Of a stretch of DNA of 64,000 bases, positions 50,562-62,611 are shown piece after piece; the first letter of the stretch is position 1; each line of letters opens with the position of its first letter. The notes below the pieces were generated by a model. It was given only the letters and a program-made list of their open reading frames with translations, did no database searches and was not told the origin of the DNA. The DNA comes from Catajapyx aquilonaris. Taxonomy: Eukaryota. Where the stretch lies: positions 1 through 64,000 of the forward strand of contig KZ538004.1 of NCBI GenBank assembly GCA_000934665.2, given 5' to 3'. The translations under genes and the position numbers were made by a program.

Positions 50562-51140
50562 AGGCCCATTTCCAAAGACGCTTCAGCTTGAAAAAGTGAG
50601 CTCTGGAGCTCACCTTAGCCAGTGCTTCACAGCTAGCGCCCTCAGACCAGTTTCCAAAGAAGCTTTGGCTTGCCAGCTTGTCAAAGCCAAGATGGCGATC
50701 ACTGAGGAATGGAGGAGATTGCTCCTCAGGTTTTTGAGGTTGCTAATCAGTCTGTCTCTCCTCGCTGCCTCCTTGCATCAGCAGGGCCCTCTGCTCAAGC
50801 AGCTCCTTCCATGACCTGCGTCCAGTCATCATTTTTTCTCTTCCCTCCTTCTTCACTATGCCCCGGCCTCCCTATCCCGCTCGCCACCCCCCCCCCCCCC
50901 CCCCCCCCCCCCNCCCCAGGTCACCTCCCCACCGAGATGGTTCCACGTGACCGCAGGGAGCCGCGCGGATTGGTCAGAAGGAAGCTCCAGCTCCATCGCT
51001 AGCTTGAAATATCGACAGGAGTTTGATGTTGAAGCAAGCTGCCTGAATATCAACCCAACGCTAGAAACACATGGCAGCTGGAGCTAAAACGAGCACCAGA
51101 GCTCACTTTTTCAAGCTGAAGCTTCTTTGGAAACAGGCCT
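50562..51140. mobile_element. PIF/Harbinger-type deletion derivative (TTA TSD)
   Basis: TIR of about 45 bp, AGGCC..TTTCCAAAGA..GCTTCAGCTTGAAAAAGTGAGCTCTGG. Confidence 0.8.
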
Positions 51141-51418
51141 TTACAGAAGAGGACCATGCTTGTACACCCTAAAGCAAATAAAGGTATTCGTAATGTGACA
51201 GATGCCCAATACAGGTTGTGCACTAACACAATATTACAGTATTAGCTGCTGCAGTATGAGTTGAATGCATGTTTTCATTGAAGCCCTAAATTGCTTGAAT
51301 TTCTGAGTTGGCACTCAGGAATGCTAATTTGATGTAGAAGAGTCCAAGACATTTCAACTGATAGGGATGTAAGCTAAATTATTAAATATGCAGGATAACA
51401 TGAAACTTTCCAAACTTA

Positions 51419-51787
51419 CAAGGGAACGACCAAGGTCGGTCGCCTCCGATTTGGTTGAAACTCGCTTGAGGGGTCACTCATGTGCGATAGACACAGTGGT
51501 GAAAGTCCTAGACAACACTGTCCAGCCATTTCCGAGATATGAGCGACAAAAAATCCGAATTTTTAATGAGCGTACAGGTGTCGGGCGGGAAGGGACAAGT
51601 GCAAATCCCAGCAAGGCCCTTATTCTCCTATACGCGCTGCCAAAATTTGAATGTTTCTGTCGGTCGTATCTCGGAAACGTATGGAGAGTGTCATCTAGGA
51701 CTTCCACCACTGTGTCTATCACACACGCGTGACCCCTCAAGCGAGTTTCAACCAAATCGGAGGCGACCGACCTTGGTCATTCCCTTG
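51419..51787. mobile_element. Palindromic MITE with CAAGGG termini, TTA TSD
   Basis: Inverted arms of about 140 bp starting CAAGGGAA(C/T)GACCAAGGTCGGTCGCC. Confidence 0.88.
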
Positions 51788-51870
51788 TTAGTGTCACTAG
51801 TAAGGAACATTGCAAACAGTACAAAATGTGGCTCATAAGTCACCCCAAATTACAAAATACACAATATTAA

Positions 51871-52709
51871 CCCTAATAAGACGGGCGTCACATATGCTGT
51901 GACGGTGGCTTAAAAAAATTCTGCTGGCGAAACTATAGCGTTTTCCCACTATGTAACGTGGTTTCTGTGTGGCTTTGTTAATTTTCTCTCGCGTAAAAAA
52001 TCGCGAGTTTTGGACTACAAAATCGTGCATAAATAAACCGAATTAACCAGATTAACTTGAATGAAATCATCTTTTTGCGGCTGCTGGAAAAAAAAAAATC
52101 CGACCTTTACCGGCAAATTTTTGGCATACATAGTTGCCCCCAAACCTCCTCAAGAAATTCCACCCTAAAATTAGTGCAAAAGATGATTCAATAGTTTTAA
52201 AATAAATAAATAATGTTCGTAAATGCCAATTAGCGGCTGGCGGGAGTCTGCGCACTTCAACGCCGGCCTCCGTATGGCTGGAGGGCGCATGTCCCCCGCC
52301 CTTTTTCAACAGCTGTGGCTGTAGGGATTGTTTACATTCGTGAGGGGTTGTGTGTTGATCAATATAACTCGCCTCGCTGGCCTGTGACGTAATTCATGCC
52401 ATGTGCTTATGTACTTATTTGTTCAGCGATGCCAAGGCTACATACCGATAATTTTTTGTCAAGCAGGCAGAGTGACAAAAAAATGGAGTAGGTGCGAAAC
52501 ATACCCCTGCGCCACCTTGTTTGTGAGTTTAAGACTTTACATCTCCGTATGGTATGAGAGGAGGGTCACATAGATGGCCTCAGGATCAAGCCTGGACACT
52601 AGACGATCTTATTCACGAGTGTTTTCAAGTCTCGTCCCCCAAGTCCCAAAGAAAGCGAATTTTTTGCAGATACTTGCAAAAACGAGAAAAACCACCCGTC
52701 TTATTAAGG
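51871..52709. mobile_element. piggyBac-type non-autonomous element
   Basis: TTAA|CCCTAATAAGACGGG ... CCCGTCTTATTAAGG|TTAA. Confidence 0.75.
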
Positions 52710-52948
52710 TTAATTGAAAGTCCATTGCAAAAAAACTGCTTCCACCAACTTTGGGATAAGAGAAGGGTATATTATCTGTGCCATTTTCAGGTTAATCAAA
52801 TTGACAAAGATCAATATTTACATGAGGTCATATGGAGTGACCTCTTCTGGGAAATTAAGAACCATAGTGATCATTTTCCTCCAAATGTCCTGTAAAAAAA
52901 GGGTTTTAAAAACCAAACAGGAAAAATGTAATTTGACACTTATGTATA

Positions 52949-53053
52949 TAGTCTGGTGACCCCGGGTAGCTTGCCCCCTTGGGTAACTGGTTGTTTACTA
53001 CATGTTGCCATGGTGATTGCCCGCAGGATAGCTTACCCGGGGTCACCAGACTA
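52949..53053. mobile_element. Tiny MITE with TAG termini
   Basis: 20-bp TIR TAGTCTGGTGACCCCGGGTA. TSD not evident. Confidence 0.65.
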
Positions 53054-54651
53054 GGGGCCTTAATGAACAGGCATAACACATGGGAGCAGAGGGAAGGAAT
53101 AGGCTGATTACCCAAGAAAAAGGCTGCTGGAAGTGCCCATAAAAAATCATAGATGTTGTCTGAGATAAACCTTCTGCCTATGATATGGTACAGTTGGCAC
53201 TGGATGTTCATGATTGTTTCATCTGCAAAAAACTTTTGTGAAGGGGGTCCTAATGCAAATTATTGGGGTATTTTCGGACATTTCCCTCTGGGGTTTCAGC
53301 TAATCAGCTACCAACATGCCAATTTTCAGCTATCTAGGTATAGTCTGGGAGTGGGTTAAAATTCTGGATACGTACATACTGGACATACACAGAAATTCTG
53401 TCTTATGTATATAGGGTGTTCCTAGAGAAATGCCCTCAGTGATAAGATTTTTTTTTGGCACTAAAGCTCATATTTAAGCATTGCTTAGGAGTTATTAAAG
53501 ATCGTTATAATAATTACATTACGTTCAATGATAAACATAATAAATAATGAAGCCCAGTGTCACACCCTCAGGCAATGTTTTCTGGTCCACAAAGAGAGAA
53601 AATGGCCCAAATCATATACAGTCTGTTTGTATTTCCCTCTGGTTTCTGTTGCTATGCTCACAAAGGAAGGTTACCCTCACTCCTCAGAAAGCATATATCA
53701 TGAGGGCAAGGTATTGACTATTAGCAGGGATTAATCTGTTAGTCTATACCTGGTGAAGCCACCTGAAAAGGAATGGCTGTCGCTTGGCCACTTCCCTTTT
53801 AACTGGATTCATAATTTGCAATTTTCATTGCAGGACCACATAAGCACTTCCTCTGTGCTCTTACCAGGGAAATGATGACCTTCACTGCTCAAGAAATGGC
53901 TTTTTAAAAGTATTGAATTATTTTCCGTCCATGTGCCGCAAAAAGCAATCATGGGCATACACCAATCCTATTGTGACTAAGTGGGCATTCACATTTAAAA
54001 TGACACACACAATACTCCCCTTACCTTGCAATTGGTGGATCTGTGATTGTGCATTTCACTTTTGACCAATGGTTACCCATTTCTCACATTTCTCACTCTA
54101 CAGCATGTTCCAAGTATTGGGGGGTCCACTTCTAGTTATCGCATATTTACCCAAAACTGTTATTTTTGTGTAGCTTTTTGTGCCTCAATCAAGGTAGCCA
54201 ATTATTCCAAGGTGTGGTTGAATATAGCAGTTGCTATATTAGTGGGCACCTTGATCAGAGAGCAAAAAGCAACACAAAATTTACAACTTTGAGTAAATTT
54301 TTACTACTAGATCATGAATATTTGGAGCACACTGTATATACCTCACAGAATGGCTAACAAGTCATCTAATCTGCTCTAGGCAGATAATATTTTTGATAAC
54401 TCCAAAAAGTTACTCTTCCCAGGTAACTGCTTAAACATAACCAGCTTAGTGCCAAAATATTGGCTAACCATTATGGGCCTTTCATTGGAACACCTTGTAT
54501 GTATAGATATTCTCTAAAGTCACAAAATATTGTAAAAGATACAGGGCAGAGCCCATTGTGTTGTACATAATTGATAGAGAACAACAAGTTCAGCATGATT
54601 TTGGGACAGTGACTTCCACAACTCATTCGACTTTAGGGACTGACCACTTAC

Positions 54652-54844
54652 CAAGTTTCGATCCATGTCAGCATCAGTTGGAGAGCTGACAAAAATTGTC
54701 TTCTGCATAAGTCCCACAAAGCAACCATATGCATCATGTTCAGTCTGAATCTCAGCTAACACTGGAGCCAAGAGATCTGACATGCCCTGAGTGTAACCAG
54801 TGTAAGGATGACCCATGCTTACAGCATAGTTTAAAAGAATATTT
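54652..54844 (-). CDS. TBC1D16: TBC1D16 exon (Rab-GAP Q finger)
   Basis: NILLNYA..GYTQGMSDLLAPVLAE..CFVGLMQKTIFVSSPTDADMDRNL. Confidence 0.93.
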
Positions 54845-54932
54845 CTGAAACAAATGTCATCAAGTCAAAATAAGTCATTGATTGAACAGCTAAGAAATAA
54901 AACATTAATAGGTAATTTTTATATTCAGTATA

Positions 54933-55460
54933 CAGCGTCATAGAAAAAGAATGTCCTATTTTAAAAACCCTATAACTCGAAAACTTGCAGACATATCTGA
55001 ATGATTTAAGTTTTGAAATACTAAGAAAGGTCTACAGTTTTGCTTTCAGCTTAGTGTGTTTCGATATGAGCTTCATTTGTCGCTAGGCAGATAAAAAAGC
55101 TGTATTCGGTCTCGCGACAAACCCTCTCAATCACATCTGGAGTTACCGTTGCAATCCTATCCCATAGGTGCTGGATATCTCTGATATTTACACCACAGAC
55201 ATTGTTCTTGATGATTCAAATAAAAAAGTCACCTCATCCATGAAATAAACCTGCCATAGAATTTTTTAATTTGTTCAGCCTCCCAGTGTGAGAAGTCTCG
55301 TATGAGAAGTTTCTCCAAGGCTAGCCCCTCCAGAAGCCCAGATTTACCCCAATGGACTTTTTTGTGGAGATACATGTATCGCGAAAAGAATCGGCACCAC
55401 CATCACCTACGGGAAAAGATTTCAACGGTGACCCCAGACATGCCTGAGCGGGCTAGGCAA
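54933..55460. mobile_element. Decayed Tc1/mariner transposase C-terminal remnants in both orientations
   Basis: Plus strand reads SRSPDL..FLW..HLREKISTVTPDM (WPPRSPDL-type motif). Minus strand near 55125-55210 reads IRDIQHLWDRIATVTPDV. Confidence 0.65.
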
Positions 55461-55869
55461 CCCCCCCCCCCCCCTCCCTTCCATGCTTCTATTGCACTAC
55501 ATCTCTGTCTCCCACCCTTCTGTCCCTCTGGACAAGCAATCACACAAAGGGATAGAACATGAGAGGATGTCTGGGCCAGTCTTAACGCCTGTTTCCACCT
55601 GCACAATTTTTGTTCTGGACAAAATGCAAGCCAGAGCAATTTTTGTTCCTTGACGATTTTGTGCAGCACAAATTTAAACATCTGTTCCAACCAGGACAAT
55701 TTTTATTCTTTTCACAAAAACTTGAGAAAAGAAGGAAGGGAGCACCCAAAGTTCCGAATGTATTTGATTTAAACTGAACCAGCATTGTATAATTTATTTA
55801 TTATTATTATTTTTTTTTTTGCAATCAACCAAAAAGTTGCTATTGTGTGACATTACATTATAAATCCCA

Positions 55870-56200
55870 GGGAGGTGGAGTGGTGCTGCGGTAACGTGTG
55901 CGCCCACGGATGTTAAGGTCCCGGGTTCAAACCCAACCCAGGGATACCCCCTTCATCTCGTGCAGAGTTAAGTGTCGTCTCTGACTTTGTCTCGGGTGGA
56001 ATTTCCTTAGACTAATCCACCCGGGGCAGCTCACAAAACGACCACATTTCAGACAAGGCACTGCACTTGCACATCCCCTACTGTCATCCGGCCCGTGGGC
56101 CCAGGCGTTGTAATAATAGGATCCCAACTTGTAAAAAAACTTCTCAATAATGGTCTGGTAGAAAACCCCTAGGGGTACGCCTATCACCCAATTAGCATTA
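55870..56200 (+). mobile_element. SINE family B
   Basis: Aligns to the 15238 and 58230 copies over head and body; different tail. Confidence 0.85.
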
Positions 56201-56234
<34 letters not shown>

Positions 56235-56487
56235 GGGGCGACACGGTGGCGGAGTGGTTAGCGCCACAGCCTTCCACCTCTTAGGTCCCGAGTTCGATCC
56301 CCGGGTCGGACGAGGATTCTTATGTGGATAGAGTTTCGATGGGTTCTCTCCGTGTTCGCGTGGGTTTTCTCGGGATTCTCCCGTTTCCTCCCGCTATCAA
56401 AATCCATCACAGCGCAGGCAATGATTAAAGTCGGTTAAATAAAAGATGATCCCCTAAGAGGCCCAAGGAGGCCTAGCACGGGGTATC

Positions 56488-56560
<73 letters not shown>
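56235..56560 (+). mobile_element. tRNA-derived SINE with V-domain-like core
   Basis: A/B boxes, then GAGTTT..GTTCTCTCCGTGTTCGCGTGGGTTTTCTCGGG..CTCCCGTTTCCTCCC, then (ATT)n tail. Confidence 0.8.
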
Positions 56561-56909
56561 GCGTTATAAATCATGAGAGTGTCTCTGTGTATGGGAGGCC
56601 GGGTAAATGGAAATAAAGCATATCATAACATAATTAAACCAAACCCACATATGAAAATCGTTTAGCATAATTTAACCGTCAATTGCGCTTGAGGTATCGC
56701 AAAATCATTGCGATAAGTCCACCGTCTCGCGGCCTTGAGCGGTTGGCCATCTTGGATTTCCATTTCGTGCCGGGCACAATTTGTGAAAAGTTCAAAATTT
56801 AGTACTTTGGAATAGTTCCAAATTGGGTTTGATTTTGTGCTCATTTTTCTCATTTTCATCCAATTTTGTTTTTGTGCTCGAAAATTATGCCGGTGGAAAC
56901 AGGCCTTAA

Positions 56910-57760
56910 CCCCTTCAGCCCCAGATCGACCCGAACCACACAGTTTTCGGCTTACGCGTACTCCCAAGATACGGACAAGATATTTTGCAAATCATAACAG
57001 CTATACTTACGAGATCTGGGAAAACCATATGAATGTGTCTGGAACCATTTTACTCGTCTAGAAGTCCCTAAATTAATTTCCAAAAAAGGGCTATAATAAC
57101 TCGAAATTGGACTACTGCCGCCCAACTTTTAGGCTGATTTAATTATGAAATGCGTGAAAATATGCGGAATAACAACTTTGACAACCATACCAGAGGAATT
57201 TGCTGAAATCGTCGTGCTTTGCGAGAAATCAATTAATACTTATTTGCAGCTTTCTGGCACTTTGGAAAACTCTGCATAAGGTTCTCCAAGGTTCTCTAGG
57301 TACATATTCAGGATATTTTAACATGAAAGATTAAAATTATGAAATATGTTCAAATATCCTGAATACGTACCTAGAGAACCTTGGAGAACCTTATGCGGAG
57401 TTTTCCGAAGTGCCAGAAAGCTGCAAATAAGTATTAATTAATTTCTCGCAAAGTACGACGATTTCAGCAAATTCCTCTGGTATGGTTGTCAAAGTTGTTA
57501 TTCCGCATATTTTCACGCATTTCATAATTAAATCAGCCTAAAAGTTGGGCGACAGTAGTCCAATTTCCAGTTATTATAGCCCTTTTTTGGAAATTAATTT
57601 AGGGACTTCTAGACGAGTAAAATGGTTCCAGACACATTCATAGGGTTTTCCCAGATCTCGTAAGTATAGCTGTTATTATTTGCAAAATATCTTGTCCGTA
57701 TCTTCGGAGTACGCGTAAGCCGAAAACTGTGTGGTTCGGGCCGATCTGGGGCTGAAGGGG
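56910..57760. mobile_element. Palindromic piggyBac-type MITE, 851 bp
   Basis: TTAA|CCCCTTCAGCCCCAGATCG...CGATCTGGGGCTGAAGGGG|TTAA, arms ~405 bp. Confidence 0.92.
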
Positions 57761-57807
57761 TTAAGGCTATAAAATTAACAGGTTGGAATATATTAAAAAT
57801 TACTCAC

Positions 57808-57951
57808 TTCATTTTTTCAATGTTAGGGTTACCTTCACCAGCAAAAAATGGGTTGTTTCTGTCGGTCCTGATGACATCCTTTTCCACAATACATTCCACA
57901 TTGTGCCAAAAAACTTCACGTTCACTTGGGCACATTGTTTCCCTTTTGCTC
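57808..57951 (-). CDS. TBC1D16: TBC1D16 exon (Rab-GAP R finger)
   Basis: FWHNVECIVEKDVIRTDRNNPFFAGEGNPNIEKM, canonical splice sites, phase 2-2. Confidence 0.92.
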
Positions 57952-58229
57952 CTGAAACAGTAAAAATAATCATCATACAATTAACCTTCTCTAATGCACA
58001 TCTCCAAGGTATCAGAACGAGAAAATTCCAAGTTGTACAACACTCACATTAGAGAAGTTCGAAGAAAAAAATTCACAGTATGAAACTAGCATAAGGACAC
58101 TTACCTTCTTTTCACACTGTTTAATGTGAGATAAACATAAACATGGCCCTTATAATGTTACGCTAGTTAATTTTTTTTGGCAAAAAAATATATGATTGAC
58201 CTCCAGAAACATGATTATTCTACAGTCAC

Positions 58230-58552
58230 GGGGAGGTGAAGTGGTGCTGCGGTAACGTACGCGCCCACGGATGTTAAGGTCCCGGGATCAAATCCCGCCC
58301 GGGGACACCCCCTTCATCTCATGCAGAGTTCAGGGTCACCTCTGGCTTCGTCTCGGGTGGTATTTCCAATAGACTGAACCACCCGGGGGAGTTCACTAAA
58401 AATGGCCACACAAGGACATAGTACTGCACCTTGCACATCCCCTCCTGTCATCCTGCCCATGGGCCCGGGCGCTTCAATAATTAGGTTCCAAAAATGTACA
58501 TGGTACAAATAAAGGTCCGTGCTACATGCCGAGAGGCCAAGCACTACCCGGA

Positions 58553-58593
<41 letters not shown>
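58230..58593 (+). mobile_element. SINE family B
   Basis: (ATT)n tail and TSD TTATTCTA(C/T)AGTCAC. Confidence 0.88.
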
Positions 58594-58599
<6 letters not shown>

Positions 58600-58686
58600 T
58601 ATAGTCACTACTAATACAAAAACATCACCTAGCACTCCCATTTGTGATACATTATACAGGTTTTTGTCTGCCTTTAACCCTTAGGC

Positions 58687-58870
58687 CAGGGGTTCCCAAC
58701 CTTTTTGCATCCCAAATCACCTAAAATTTCTCCATGACCCCCTTGCAAAGTAACATACATAAATCTTTAATGAAGCAGCCAAACAATACAAGAAATATAT
58801 TTACCAAATATGGTACAATGCCTCTCTCGGCCCCCTTGGGGGGCCACGACTCCCAGGTTGGGAACCCCTA
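58687..58870. mobile_element. hAT-type MITE
   Basis: TIR (C/T)AGGGGTTCCCAACCT and 8-bp TSD CCTTAGGC. Confidence 0.9.
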
Positions 58871-59020
58871 CCTTAGGCAGTGCAATGGAAACACCTACCC
58901 AAATCTGGCACAAATATTGACTTACAAAGAATTTTAAAATGCCATTTCATTAAAGTTAAGTGATTTGTATTACAATACCTTAATATAATTATATTGATAT
59001 TATTATTATTATTATATATA

Positions 59021-59105
59021 CAGGGTGTTCCAAGTTCAGGGGTCACTTCTTGATATCACCCAACAGCAGTTATCAAGAAATGACCCCCGAACTTGGAACA
59101 CCCTG
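59021..59105. mobile_element. 85-bp Tc1/mariner-type MITE
   Basis: TA|CAGGGTGTTCCAAGTTC...GAACTTGGAACACCCTG|TA. Confidence 0.85.
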
Positions 59106-59262
59106 TATAATTCTGTACCTCTAAATAAACTCATCAAGCATAAAGGACCAAGTGCAGTACAAGGTACAGAGGGGCACAAAGAGCATCTGTCATTGCCACA
59201 CAATCAACTTAGCCAGGATAACTGGGCACAAGGAGTACAGTTACTGTCAACTGCTATAAATA

Positions 59263-60949
59263 GGGTAAGTCCATGTGAATCCGATCACTTTGGCCTTGGA
59301 ATTTACCTTACCTCCTCCGATACTGACGCAATTTGGCACAGTTGTAGGTTTCCTCGAGATATGGTATTGGACCAAATTATACGTCAATTCGTTCGACCTG
59401 TTCGGCGTGGGAGATCCCGGAAATTGCCGCCCTCAGGCAGCTCTCGCCGCAATTTTTTGAACATTTTCTTGAATAACTTTTTTTCTATGGGTCACATTTG
59501 GACAACGACCATATGAACGGGTAGATCATAGTTAGGTGCATCATAATATGTCACTTGTATGAGCGTAATGCTTTAATTTATGCGCGTATAATGGAGTTTC
59601 GTGATGTGACCTTTGACCTCATTTTAAAGACATTGATGCATCTTCGATTTTGAAATTTTATGTGCCATGTGAAAGGTCAGATCATGGTCTAAGTTACTGC
59701 CAAACATCAGGATGGGAACCCCAGAAGCCGCTGAGAAAATAAATAAAACGTGTTATCACCAGCCGGTGACCCATATGTGTAAAGTAAACAGGCTACCTGA
59801 GACCACCTTTGATGGAGAATTGACTCACCTCTTGTGACGAATATTGTTTTGGCTGCCTCTGTTGATGTATTGGCTCCCACATGAGTGGGTTTGTGTGTTG
59901 ATTCTTGGGGTAGGTGTTCTGAGCTCAGTTCGAAAGTGGCAGTTCCAAGTGACAGGGTCCTTTGGTGTGTGGTCATTATTATTACCGTAAGTACCTGGAT
60001 GTATTGCACATTTTTGGTTTACTATGTCCGAAATTTCACAAGCAGTCCCTTATGACTATTTTCCAGGTTCATCACTTGCAATGGCATGTTCGGTTGGTTA
60101 TATCCTGAATAAACCATGCCCAAGTGGTAGTCGTGATGTAGTGTTTCATTAGGTGAGTCAATTCTCCATCAAAGGTGGTCTCAGGTAGCCTGTTTACTTT
60201 ACACCAGTGGTTTCCAACCTGGGAGTCGCGGGCAGGGTCGCGGGGAGTCGCCAGCTTTCAACTTTTTTTTTTTTTTGCAATTATTTCTGTGTAAATTGGA
60301 CAATTTTTGCGGCCGTACAGAGTGTATGTTTTCTGGAAATGGGTCAGTTGTAGAAGAGGCCAGAGGGGGGGGGGGGGTCACACATTTATGGAAACATGTT
60401 TAGGGGGTCGCAGTTGGTAAAAGGTTGGAAACCACTGCTTTACACATATACGTCACCGGCTGGTGATAAAACGTTTTATTTATTTTCTCAGTGGCTTCTG
60501 GAGTCCCCATCCTGATATTTGGCAGTAACTTAGACCATGATCTGACCTTTCACATGGCACATAAAATTTCCAAATCGAAGGTGCATCAATTTCTTTAAAA
60601 TGAGGTCAAAGGTCACATCACGAAACTCCATTATACGAGCATGAATTAAAGCATTACTCTCATACAAGTGACATATTCTGATGACCTAGCTGTGATCTAC
60701 CCGTACATATACTCGTTGTCCAAATGTGACCCATAGAAAAAAAGTTATTCAAGAAAATGTCCGAAAAATTGCGCAGAGTGCTGACCGAGAGCGACAATTC
60801 CTGTGACCGCTCACGCCGAACAGGTCGAACATATTGACCTATAATGTGGCCCAATAACACATCTACATGAAACCTACAATTCTGCCAAATTTCGTCAAAA
60901 TCGGATGAGGTAAGGTTTCATGAGTGATCGCCTTGACATGGATTTACCC
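59263..60949. mobile_element. Long-arm fold-back MITE with 4-bp TSD (AATA), Sola-like by inference
   Basis: GGGTAA(G/A)TCCATGT termini and arms ~560 bp; right arm interrupted by a hAT MITE. Confidence 0.8.
60205..60437. mobile_element. hAT-type MITE nested in the fold-back arm
   Basis: TIR CAGTGGTTTCCAACCT, TSD CTTTACAC. Confidence 0.92.
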
Positions 60950-61745
60950 AATAACCTAATACAATATGGTTACTATACATACAGTACGCGTATATGTATA
61001 TGAGGAGGTGGCTGCCAAAAGCTACGATCTTTGCCGAAGCTCATTCTGAGAAAATGCCACCTTTTAAGTTTCAAGTAATGTAGCTGAAAATATTTGTGAC
61101 TGGGTTTGCACTCTCACATACTTGCTTCTCCTTTTCAGTCCACTACTCCTACCCCCACCAGTCTCACTGTCGTTGACAGAACTGCATTTGCGGATCGCAG
61201 GGAAACCCCAAGAAAAAACACAAGGAAGTCCTCCATCCAGAACAATGCAACACTACTATTGGCTGAAGATAACCGACTTCGGAAATCATGTTAGACGAAG
61301 ATAACCAGCTTTGACTAATTTTGCAGATTTCTTCCTCTTGTTATGGTCCCAAGAAAACCGATTTCACCCTGCATCTTAGGCTCATTAGGTGAGCCTTTAT
61401 TTGATATTTTAATAGCAGTGCCAGCTCAAAAACTACAAAAAAATTAAGATAGCCGCTTTTGGCAGCCACATCCTCATATTAGCTAAAAAAACACAAAATT
61501 TTGTAAGCAATGGCCCTTTCTTCTTGGGCCACCCCATATATGTACTGCCATGAGCAAAAGATAGGCACAAGGCAACACAAAGTACTGCAGTAGCACTAAT
61601 GAGCCAAGAGTGGTTCACACACGTTGCCATATTTGTTTTTTCTGCAGTATATGCCGAAGTTACTCCATTATTGAGCAACTCCCCTGTGCATACCATTTGT
61701 TCACATTGCTACAGCAATCAATAGTGACGAATTAATTGAACAAAC

Positions 61746-61885
61746 CTTATTCCTTCATACTCATTACACTTGGCTTCACTTATTTTGTCTCTTTCTTCAT
61801 ATGTTGAGTCATAAGGAAAATAATGAAAAAGAAAAGGCCAAACATCCTTTTTGACTGATGGATCTACACCGGCAAAAAATATTGC
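61746..61885 (-). CDS. TBC1D16: TBC1D16 exon (start of TBC domain)
   Basis: AIFFAGVDPSVKKDVWPFLFHYFPYDSTYEERDKI..EYEGI, phases 0 and 2. Confidence 0.9.
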
Positions 61886-62150
61886 CTGAAAAGAGCATCA
61901 TTCATTAAAATAAACCTTCATATTATTTCAGGCGATACATTATCTAAAATCACCTTGATCTGAGAGACAAAAAGTGATACAAGTAAAAGCAGTAATAACA
62001 GTCCATAAGTAATACTAATGACACATGCCCATTTTATACTAGCCCCCTAGTTAACAGCATTTATAAAGGCATGCCACAATATGGCAGGTAATTTTTTTTT
62101 AAAGTGTTTTCTGTTAACTTTTCACACAATCATTTTTTTATCCATTACAC

Positions 62151-62356
62151 CAGTGGTTTCCAACCTTTTACCAACTGCGACCCCCTAAACATGTTTCCAT
62201 AAATGTGCGACCCCCCCCCCCCNCCCCTTCTACAACTGACCCATTTCCAGAAAACATACACTCTGTATGGCCGCAAAAATGGTACAATTTACACAGAAAT
62301 TGAAGAAGAAAAAAAAGTTGAACAAAGGCTCGCGACCCCCAGGTTGGAAACCACGG
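62151..62356. mobile_element. hAT-type MITE, same family as 60205, opposite orientation
   Basis: Same TIR and interior; TSD CATTACAC. Confidence 0.9.
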
Positions 62357-62487
62357 CATTACACATTAATAAGTTTAATAAAATACTGTATTATGTATGA
62401 TGTAACCATTAAGTGTATGTGACCAATAACTTACAATGTGGCATACATCCTACAGTGACAAAATGCATATGGAATTCACTACACTAC

Positions 62488-62611
62488 CTTCCTAAGATAA
62501 AAGTCATCCTCTATTTGGCCTTCTTCATTCACTAATTCTGCCAGAAGACTTTCATCTACTGGATACATAGAGCCTTCTTCAGGATGTAGCTCAGCTTCTG
62601 TCACCTCAGGT
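62488..62611 (-). CDS. TBC1D16: TBC1D16 exon; upstream exons lie beyond the window
   Basis: PEVTEAELHPEEG..NEEGQIEDDFYLRK, TTGCAG acceptor and GTAGTG donor. Confidence 0.85.

Larger units (their letters stand above)
55586..56905. mobile_element. MITE flanked by TTAA (Harbinger- or Kolobok-like) carrying two SINE insertions
   Basis: TIR (C/G)GCCTGTTTCCACC(T/G)GCA(C/T)AATTTT at both ends. Confidence 0.65.
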
